From: Eledone cirrhosa
Taxonomy: Eukaryota
Assembly (NCBI GenBank): GCA_964016885.1
Contig: OZ024749.1
Span: 32,612,001-32,676,000 of the forward strand
Direction: 5' to 3'
Length of the DNA: 64,000 bases
Shown: positions 51,500 to 64,000 of the stretch, in pieces
How positions within the stretch are numbered: position 1 is the stretch's first letter
How the letters are laid out: each line of letters opens with the position of its first letter
Position numbers and translations under genes: made by a program
Notes under the pieces: generated by a model
Database searches by the model: none
Told to the model about the DNA's origin: nothing
Seen by the model: only the letters and a program-made list of their open reading frames with translations

Positions 51500-51878
51500 C
51501 AGAAGATGGTTATAATTTTCAACATCCTTAATTCCTTAAGATGACATATTGGAAGGATTTATTTTTAGGAAGCAAAGCTTTTTGATCTCCATGTGTCTAA
51601 CACACGTGGACATGCCTACAAAATCAGAAAACAGCACAGTTCCCATGACTTTCGGAAACATTTTTTCACGCTCAGAATTGCTGAAGCATGGAACAAACTG
51701 CCTGCGTAAGTTGTTTACTGCCAAGACACTGCATCCTTTAAAACCCTCATGCTTCCCGAAATTCGCCAAAACTACACCTGATGTACCCCTTCCATACACA
51801 TGCACACGCGTATATCATGACTCATGCACTGTTCATTTTCCTGGCGTTTGTACATTACCCTATGTACTTGATGAGTTG
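51500..51878 (+). mobile_element. CR1-clade LINE 3' fragment
   Basis: TRGHAYKIRKQ...FRKHFFTLRIAEAWNKLP, the characteristic CR1 ORF2 C-terminus. Confidence 0.82.
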
Positions 51879-51879
51879 T

Positions 51880-54050
<2,171 letters not shown>

Positions 54051-55058
54051 TGCTGCTTTCTTCATCGTCATCACTATCATTGGCAGCCTTTCTCTTTGTT
54101 CCTCCGCCAATATTAATCATATCCACCACACACACACACTGAAATGGACATGTACACACAGTACAACCATGCCACAAACACACACCTATGAAGGGGAGAA
54201 TATGACATAAATCTAAGTTTCAATGCAAACACAAACACAAACAGGCAGATTATTCATGACATCCTGTTGCCCCAATTGGGACGATCAGCAAACCATAAAA
54301 AGTTTACTCTGTAACTTTCCTCCTACTCCCTCCATCCACTTCTCCACTTACCCTACATGTCAATCTAATTAGGGCTCTACCCCTTAAGAGACAGGGTTTG
54401 GAAATAGCTGAAAGTGGAAAAAATACCAGTCCAGTACTGGGGTCAATTCTGTCTCTCTCCTCTGCAAGAAATCAGATTTGACCTAGAGAGGAGGTGGTCT
54501 CTTCCAGGTTTAAAATACTCAAGAGACACTGTATGTAATGATGGCACCCCCTTTAACTCCATCAACAGTTAAGGGTTCTTTCTCTCTACCTAGTAATATA
54601 ACTAACTTTCTCATTATTAAGTTGGTGTTTCGAACATAACATAACGAAGATTCTTAAATAAAACTATGATGAAAGGTTTTTAGATAAATACCAACACTTT
54701 AACCCTTTAGCATTTACATTACTCTATATATACTAGTGTATTATATATACTATTATATTTTCACAATAAAGGCTTTACCTCATAATTATCTCACATAATA
54801 TCAAATCTACGAGATTTTGATATTTATTTTGAGAATAATACCTTAACATCAGTATGAACAGCTTGTTACAACCGGTTTGAACAGAAAGAGGTGAGAGAAT
54901 ACTGGCCAGATACGGCCAGTTTAGATACTAAAGAGTTAAAATAAACAATTGTATATCACAGAACCAGGGCAATTTCAATCAAAAGGTTTAAAGAAGTCCT
55001 CCAGTGCTGGATGCTCTAGAATAATAATGTTATTAACATGAGAACATAATGTCTATAG

Positions 55059-55400
55059 CAGGGGTATGCAATATATTCCATTGGCAGACCACTTTTGAAC
55101 ATTGGAACCACTATTAGGGCCAGTTACTGTCAAAAAGATGTAATTTAATGAAAACCAGTGAATTGAGTCATAAATACATTGTGAATACATTTTTAAACAA
55201 TAAAGACAAATAAAATATAATTTAGTTTTATTAATGTGAGACTTGGTATTTGGTGTTTTTGCACAATTTATCAATGTATGGTTATGAAAAAAATTCTAAA
55301 TAAGCCTACAAGATAAAAACTAAAAAAAGTCATCGTGGGCCACTCTGACTGGTCTGGTGGGTCAGATTGTGGCCCACGGGCCGCCTGTCTCACACCCTTG
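55059..55400. mobile_element. hAT-type MITE
   Basis: caggggt...acccttg termini; perfect 8-bp TSD gtctatag. Confidence 0.8.
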
Positions 55401-56469
55401 GTCTATAGTACCTTTACTAGTGGACAGATTATTGTAAGAATTTGAAGTTATATATATATAAAACTTTAATTTTTAATGTGATGCAATCATTGTACTATTT
55501 TGTATTTTACAAGAATGTCATGCTAACATGTTTTTGTGTGTTACAAGATGTTCGTGAAATTTAAACCAGCTGTATTTGGGCAGAATTCTCTCACCTCTTT
55601 CTGTTCAAACTGGCCACTCATACTGACGTTAAGGTATTGTTCTCAAAATAAATAATATCAAAATCTCAGAGATTCAATATTATGTGAAATAAACAGTTTA
55701 CCATGTAAATACAATGGCATATATAGAGTAATGTAAATGTTGAAGGGTTAAGGTGGCAAAACTTTCATCTATAACTGCTTAAGCATGACTTATGGAAATA
55801 ATAAATATTGCTTTTAGAACAACCAAGATAATAATTGCAATTAAATTTTACATTAAGTGAGATCGAATGTGGCCAAATTTCAGTTAAATTTCATTGTCCT
55901 CCCTCGGTGATCATTAAAAAGGAAGGAAGCCAGTCTAGAGCTTCATGTTAAATATATTCTTACGCCTTTCATATGTTGTTTAGTCCTATACTGAAAGCAA
56001 AATCAACTACATGGAAAGTGGCTGCTTGTCTGTGGCAGTCTTACAATCAGTTGAAGATGGAAATAATAATTCAAACATTTAATCTAAAATCATAGTCCAG
56101 AAAATCAAGGAGAATCTAGTCCTAGGTCAGCCATGATTATAAATGTTCCAGCTGTAACCATCAAGTATGTTTTATTTTTGTTTTGTTTTTTTCAATCATA
56201 GGATATCAAGGACTACATTATCTAATGCAACCCAATACTTATTTTTCAAGAAGGCAGTGTTAGGGTTAAAGTTAGAGAGATTTGGCTGCTATTTCTAGCA
56301 ATTGACTCCCTTGTTTGGCTGGACATCTTGGTACTGGTAATGACTGTGTGTGATGGATTATTTCAAGATGTCTGTCCATTCTCTGGCAGTGTTCTCTCTA
56401 GGAAGGTGTCATATGGAATATATGGGAATTCTGAGGTGAGCAAGTGTCATGTCATATATATATATATAT

Positions 56470-56554
56470 AGGAAAATGTACCCACTCTACTACCCTAAGT
56501 ATTGAGTACTCTGGTGTGTTATGGTCCATCTGGTTCCTTACCACAACTCCTTCG

Positions 56555-56557
<3 letters not shown>
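56470..56557 (+). mobile_element. 3' tail fragment of the tRNA(Trp)-like fold-back family
   Basis: cccactctactaccctaagtattgagtactctggtg...ccacaactccttcgttata, embedded in (TA)n. Confidence 0.7.
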
Positions 56558-56603
<46 letters not shown>

Positions 56604-57027
56604 AAGGTGAAATATTTGGTTGTTGTGGAAGAGAAAGATCAACACGACAAATACCAATCATTTTGCTATGCTCGATTAAAAGACACAATTAACAGCATAG
56701 GTAGTAGTAAGCTCGTAGCGCAAGAAAACTGTGCTGTCTATATGAAGAGGCAGAAGACTGTGTGGTTGAAGTGTTGGTGGAAGAATTGCTGTTGGGCCCT
56801 TGTCGACAGGGCCAGAGTTTCTTTGCTAAGTGCTACATCTCGCCACTTGCTTGACCAGGTTGAAGTAATGCTTCTCTTCCGGAGAACCAGAGTCGAATGA
56901 CCTAAAGAAAAACTTATCTCACCTCACCTCAAGCTGGCCAGCCCCTCCAGACCACTGACACCAACCGAGATAAAGAGAAATAGCAGCCAGATGTCATTTG
57001 GGGGTCAGTATGTGCAAAGAGATTTCG

Positions 57028-57080
<53 letters not shown>

Positions 57081-57451
57081 GGTGGTATGATGAGTGTTTC
57101 AGTTGTTTGATCAGCGAAACAACCTGCACATGAAAGTAGTTGAGCATTCTACACACGCGTGTAAGCATGACGTAACTCTCAGGAAGATTCAACGTGTCAT
57201 AATATGTGACAAGACTGGCAAGCCATTTAACGGGCTTACAACTAATCTCTGTCTACCAATTTCATTCACAAGGGATAGGTTCACCTGAGGCTATGGTGAA
57301 TAACACTTGTCCAAGATGTTACGCAGTGGAATCGAACCCACGACCTAATGATTTAGAAGAGAACTTCTCAACCGTTTGGTCATGCTTCGTCTACATATGA
57401 TAATGGCATGGTTAACACAGACATACTGTCAGATTTAATATGAACATATAT

Positions 57452-57730
57452 CAGACTTGCCAACCTCTAAAAACTCGAACGGAGAACGACCATGAAAAAA
57501 AGTGGCCCCAAACGGGAAGAAATGAGGCAAAATGGGGAGATTTTACATCATTGTTTCTACTTTTGGCACAAGGCCAGGAATTACTCAGTAGATTACTGGT
57601 ACTTTATTTTATCGACCCCGTAAGAATGCAAGGCAAAAGCTATACTCATTTTTACAAGAGAAGACATCTCTCACCCACCCCAAAGTGGGAGGGTGATTTC
57701 CCCGTCAGGCAGGGAGAGTTGACAAGTCTG
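57452..57730. mobile_element. MITE (same family as 5026-5220) with internal SINE fragment
   Basis: TIR cagacttgccaac / gttgacaagtctg; SINE piece at ~57551-57636. Confidence 0.7.
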
Positions 57731-57801
57731 ATATATACACACACATTTAACGCAATTATGCACACACACACACAACAACAACACAATTATGCACACAGAC
57801 A

Positions 57802-57941
<140 letters not shown>

Positions 57942-60720
57942 CGCGCGCGCGGTGTGTGTGCACGTGTATGTGTGCGCGTAGTGTGTGTGTGAAAAGTAAA
58001 CAGAAACAAATATATTAGTTTAACGCGTGATATAATAGGAAAAGAATAGTTATTGCGGACATATGCAGCACATACATACCCTGGCATAACCATAAATATA
58101 TAAATACAGTGACATAATAGACATGTATATAAAGAAACGAGGAAGATAAACGCCTTCAATTATGACTCCTTGTTAAAGGTTTATGAGATCGTTAAAGAAA
58201 ATCGTTATACACATACCTCATCGATTATATACACGTAGCACATGAGTAAACATGTAGACCTGCCTGTGTAAGATTATGAATAGACACACAAGTTATAAAG
58301 CTTGTTTTATGATGTCGAGTGAATGATGGCCTGAAAAATTCCCCCCCACACGACACTCTCAACCCACGCATCTACGACAAAATTTAACACCTTGATGCAT
58401 TCTTAACGCACAATAATAAATTATAACCTTCTAAGACAACCACTGGCTCTCCTAGCCGATCAAAGGTAATTTAAAACATGCAAAACTACAGAAAAATATG
58501 TTTTCTATATATATTAAAAAAACACCCGTTTAAATGAATAGCAATTATGGTGTACCGGCCAAATCTACATTACTGTCCATCTCTCTTAGCCACCTGTTGC
58601 TGAGTATCTTGGTTCACATAGTACCATGAAAGATTAAAGGTATTGTCTGAAGATGTGTAGCTTGAAATATTAGAAAGTGTGACAATCGCACAGCTGAGAC
58701 AGCCTACTTAACCTGTTAACATATTTTAATGATGACAGTAGCACCAAACAATTTATACAAAATAATTATATATATCTATGTAAGCGACATTGTCACGGGT
58801 GATAGCAAAGACTAAGAGATTCGTATAACCAGGTACCCCCTACAAAGAGCACACGTACATACATCCAAATTTATTGACAGCTGTGATTAGATAAACAAAA
58901 TGAAATACATTTCAAATGTAATTAAATTTATCGACAATTATAAAAAGAAATTTGATTTAAAGTACTTCTTAATTCATTAAACAAATTAGTTTTACATTAA
59001 AGCTAAGAATAAAAATAATATAAATTTTACAAGTGAAATTAGATAGTTCAATAAATGGTTTTTAAAATATTGGAATAGTTCAATAAATGATTTTTAAAAT
59101 ATTGGAATAGAACAGAGACATAGAATGAATAGTTTTAATGAATTTCGCTTTTTTTAACTATACTTTAAATTTCTCACAACGGTACAAATTATTAGAAATA
59201 TATAGTTTTTACTTGATAGTATAGTATACCATAGATATTTATTTAATACACAGTGGCTGGAAGATAAAACAATTAGACTAGGATTTGAACTCAGAAAGAA
59301 GAAAAATAAAGCTAAAGATATTTAATCCGGCAACTCTAATCTCAGGTGAAAGAAGTATTTTTTTAAAACTGTCTAAAATATAATTTAAAGGTTTCTTTAT
59401 TTATAATTAGCAGAATCTATCAGAATTATCATATAAGAAAATGTATTTTTATTTGTTTAAACAACTTTCCAACAAAATAAACTGACCTACAAAAACGGCA
59501 AAATTACTTCTGTCAGGTAATTTCAACAAATACTGCTTCGATAAGAGGAACTTTGATAAAGGAAAACATATCTATCTATAAAATAATTAAGTTAAAGAAA
59601 ATTAATTCCAAATCAAAGCTAAGAAAATATTATTAGTTTTTAATTAAACACTTTGCGGTCATCAAACTAGTTTTATAATTATTAAAAAGAAAAACAGATG
59701 AAAATATAACCAAAATAATGCCACAGGTTTTAAAGAGATTCAATATATTGATTAGAGAAGAAATAAATTGTTTCATGTCGACGAACAGTTAAAAAATTGA
59801 CTTCGAACTTAATTGTTGTCATACACTGAAATGGATCAGTGGTTATAAAGACAATAATTAATTAATATTTAATCTGGTATTATTATTATTATTGAACATA
59901 AGTTAAATGTTTGTGTAAAAGTTAGGTACAAATATTTCAAAGTATATTTAAAATATATATATTTCAGGTGAATAAATATCATATAATTCATTTTTTTAAA
60001 ATCTCTTTAAGAATATTGTTTAGTGAAATCAGTTACGCTATAAATGAAATAAAATCAAATCACACGAACGTGTTTAAATAACTATCTCTGTCCAATAATT
60101 ATATTGTAAATGTGTTGAACGAAAATATATGTAAGTGAAAGGTAAATTTATTGATATATAAATAATTTTTTTAAAAGACCCCTAAAGCGGTATTTGGCTT
60201 ATTTGGGCTGCTTTAACTTACTTGCTTATAACTCTCTTATTCCAGGTTTTAATGTAATGCAGTTGTTATATATATGTATGTATGGTATATGTCAGCGATC
60301 GAAAGTAAGGTTTGGGGGGTTTTTTTTAAAGAGATATGTGACAGCAGCAACAAGTGGTAGTAGTAGCAGCAGCAAGGGAGTGGCTTAATGTTGTCATAAC
60401 TAAAGATAGAGTCCTACCAATATTAGAATATCTTCGACTGCAACCGGAAAATATTAACAATCAATCTCGTGCTTTGTTAAAACGATTTAATTTGATGTAT
60501 AGACAACACGGTAAATAAAAGAAATACCATTCGTGTAGAGAGAAAATTAATCTTTTTGTATTTGTCACGGAAAAAAGATCAGGTATTTTGAATATCTGTA
60601 TGAAAAGTCAATGTCTGTTTGAGGAGGTGAATTGGCGGAGTCGTTAGAATGTCGCATAGATTGCTTTGACGTGACGAGGTCGATAAAAAAAAGAAGTACC
60701 AATTCAATACTGAAGTCAAT

Positions 60721-60751
<31 letters not shown>

Positions 60752-61059
60752 GGGGAAGAAATCGATTGTGTTTTGACCTGGAGACACACCGTATGTCTCA
60801 ACGGCGACCCCATGACTCCATCAACAGTTAAGGGTACATACAAATGTCGCGTTATAATACTAACCAAAAATGTGGTAGGTTGGCAGAATGGTGAGAATGT
60901 CGAACAAATTTGTCTGAAATATTTAGTCGTGAGTTCAAACCCCGTGGAAGTCAACTTTGTCTTTCTTACTTCTGAGATCGATAGAATAAAGCACCAAATA
61001 CTGAATCGATTTAATATCCGTATAATGCCATAGTGCTGGTGCCATGGTGAAATGCACCA

Positions 61060-61550
61060 GCACAATGGCATAGAGTACAGGTTACTGGCCAGTTGGAGCA
61101 ATAAATAGAGTACAGGAATATATGTAAAATACAGGTCACTGGGCAGTGTGAGTAATTGAACAAGGTACAGGAATATATCTTTAATACAGGTCACTGGCCA
61201 GTTGGAGCATTTAAACAAGGTACATGAATATATGTAAAATACAGGTCACTGGCCCAGTTGGAGCAATCAAAGTAGAGTGCAGATACAAGTAAACTATGGG
61301 TCACTGGCCAGTTGGAGCAATCAATTAAAGTACAGGAATGTACTATAGCTTGTTTCTTAATCAATGACTATAGATTGTTAATCAATGACTATAGCTTGTT
61401 AATTAATGACTATAGATAGTTAATCAATGACTATAGCTTGTTACTTAATTAATGACTATAGATAGTTAATCAATGACTATAGATTGTTACTTAATTAATG
61501 ACTATAGAGTGTTAATTAATTACTATAGATTGTTACTTAATCAATGTTCC
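61060..61550. repeat. Two adjacent minisatellites (~55-bp ggtcactggccagttggagca unit; 21-25-bp aatcaatgactatag unit)
   Basis: Seen directly. Confidence 0.8.
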
Positions 61551-61759
61551 TGATCTATAGCTCAAATAGTTTAGTAATACAATATATGCTCTATATTTAA
61601 TTTCAAAAGATTTCTGTGCTTTCCCTTCTAACCTTTATAAAAATGGCTGAAATTAGATCGGTGTTAGCTCAACTATTAGCATTCTTTCTCTGCTTTACAG
61701 ACTTTTCATAATCAGCTAGAACAAATTTATACTAGTTATTTCATACTAGTTATTTTAGT

Positions 61760-63470
61760 AGGGCAGTTGATTGACAGAATCAGTAGAGCGTTGGACAAAA
61801 CACTTAGCAGTGATTTGTAACAATCTCAGTTTTAATCCCAGTGAGGTCAACTTTGCCTTTCATCCTTCTGGGATCAATAAAATAAAGTACCAGTTAAATA
61901 TTGGGATCAATATAATCGATTTTCACCCCTTCTTTTTCTTCTTCTTCTTCTTCTTCTTCTTCACCCACTTATTCCTTCCAGCAGGTCTTGTCAGAACCAC
62001 CCGTCTCCAACTGATCCAGCTGGATCCCCAAGCAAGATCAGCCAACCCCATGGATGTTAACCAACCATCTTGCTCTGGGTCTCCTACCAGTTGGTTTTGC
62101 TCCTAAAATCTGTCCAGTGATTCTTTCCTGAGACATTCTAACCACATACCCAAAGTATTGAAGCTGTGATCTCTCAATTCATAGTAGTAGTGGCTCTACC
62201 TGGAGCGATTTTCACCCCACCCCACTAAAACTACTGGCCTTGTGCCTAAATTTGAAACAATTATAAAGGGTAGGGACTTGACAGAATTGGTAGAGCATCA
62301 ATTAAGATGCCATTATGGTATTTATTTGTTCTTGCTCTTTACATTCTGAGTCAACTTTATCTTTCGTCCTTCTGAGGTTGATAAAATAAAGTACCAGTCA
62401 AATACTGAGGTTGATTTAATCAACTTTGTCTTTCTCTCAAATTTGCTGGTCTTGAGCCTAAATTAGAATCTCTTATTTCACTTAGTCACATGAAAGGATT
62501 TTTCCAATCTTTGTTATCATCTCTGCCATTGTTAATTAGGGTCTCAACATTCCATTGTGTCCAACTGTTAACATAATGAGGTAAAAGCTGTCGTTATTAT
62601 TATTATTATTATAGGGCGGTGGATTGGCAGTATCGGTAGAGCGTTGGACACCATGCTTTGCAGCATAGAGTTACGGCCTTTTATGATCTGAGTTCAAATC
62701 ACGCCAAGGTTAACTTTGCCTTTCATCTTTACGTGGTCGATAAAATAAAGTACCAGTTACGCACTAAGGGTCGATTTAATCGACATTCCCCTACCCCAAA
62801 ATTGTTGGCCTTGTGCCCATATAAGAAACCATTATTATTATTATTATCTCTTCCCACCATTTTGTTGAAAGATGGGTGAGAGAAGCAAGAATGGCCCGAG
62901 TGAATGGGCCTATTCTGAGTACGTATCTGTAAATTAAAGGTGGAAAACTGGGAGAGGGCACTTGCCTTGGTGGTCAGGGTCACTGTGGCCTTTTACTGGG
63001 CTTTCTCCACAAATGTCCCTCCGAAGTCTCCCCCCTATTGGGGAATTTTTCATTGTTATTTTTTGTTACATCCTCTGTTTTTGTTTTTTACACGCAGAAA
63101 TGCCCATTTGTACCGTCCTGTATTGTCCTGCACTGTCCTTAATGTCTACTTTATGTAAACCCTTGTGGTTAATAAAGAAATCATTATTATTATTATTATT
63201 ACTATTATTATTATTACTGGGAACAACTTACACTGAATAAAAGCAAATTGGTAGTATTGGTAGTATTGGTAGAGCATCTCTGCAGAAATAGAGTAACAGT
63301 CCTTTATGTGCTGAGTTCAAATCCCACCAAGGTTAGCTTTGCTTATCATTATGAGGTCGATAAAATAAAGTACCAGTGATGCAATAAGATAAAGTATCAT
63401 GACTGGAGTTGATTTACCTGACTATACCCTCCCCACAACATTTCTAACCTCATGTCTAGAAACTATAACT
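61760..63470. mobile_element. Cluster of SINEs with a nested RTE 3' fragment (61930-62205, -) and a Tx1 3' fragment (62850-63190, +)
   Basis: SINE cores at ~61850, 62360, 62715 and 63340. The RTE piece is homologous to 19720-20030; the Tx1 piece is the reverse complement of 2190-2510. Confidence 0.82.
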
Positions 63471-63516
63471 ATTGTAATAAAATATTATCCATAACTATGT
63501 AAGTACTCCATCCCTG

Positions 63517-63591
<75 letters not shown>

Positions 63592-63904
63592 TATTAAACT
63601 TTAGGAGGGTTATGTTGCCAATAAAAACACATGTATCTGTTCGTTTTCACTTCAATGTATTATAAACTTCAAAACTCATTTGTAGAACAGAGCAAAGGAG
63701 AGACACAAAATAACAAATTACTCTCTGAGGAGGTCACAGAATGTGTGACAAAGGAGCTTTGACAAGAAACAAATAAACAACCATCTGGTTATTAAACTAA
63801 TCAACTGGAAGTTTACAATAAATTGAAGTGGAAACCATCAAGTGCGTGTGTTTTTATTGGCAGCATGACACTCCCAAAGTGTAACAATATATATATGCAT
63901 ATGT

Positions 63905-64000
63905 ATCATCATCATCATCATCATTTTACGTCCGCTTTTCCCTGCTTGCAAGGGTGGGACGGACACTGATTCTGGCTTGATTTCTACAGCTGGATGCCCT
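63905..64000 (-). mobile_element. RTE-type 3' tail (SINE/LINE end)
   Basis: Reverse complement of 53957-54048, with a (CAT)n tail. Confidence 0.8.

Noticed and set aside
60246-60304. Plus-strand exon candidate (ttccag ... gtaagg)
   Set aside because: Splice signals alone in AT-rich DNA are insufficient; no coding support.

Overview
This is AT-rich, repeat-saturated animal DNA. The (TA)n/(TG)n/(ACC)n microsatellites, one dominant tRNA-derived SINE and RTE/Tx1/CR1 LINE debris are typical of an octopus (coleoid cephalopod) genome; this assignment is an inference. The one clear protein gene is a six-coding-exon Rab27 on the minus strand (CDS 45007->29598, 245 aa, ending in CSC), with several probable 5'UTR exons further upstream. 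A second chain of three phase-compatible minus-strand exons (11241->4148) may belong to an unidentified gene that runs off the left edge. Nearly all long ORFs in the supplied track are simple-repeat artefacts. The most unusual signal is a set of short elements inserted in (TA)n that fold back on themselves. Two related palindromes (1.9 kb and 22.8 kb) carry a Penelope-type minimal hammerhead ribozyme on each strand. Four further hammerhead motifs or relics occur singly, including a near-consensus one in sense orientation 140 nt upstream of a Rab27 splice acceptor. A tRNA-Trp-like element folds back at its anticodon loop in two independent copies. All folds, splice sites and family assignments were read by eye, with no searches run.
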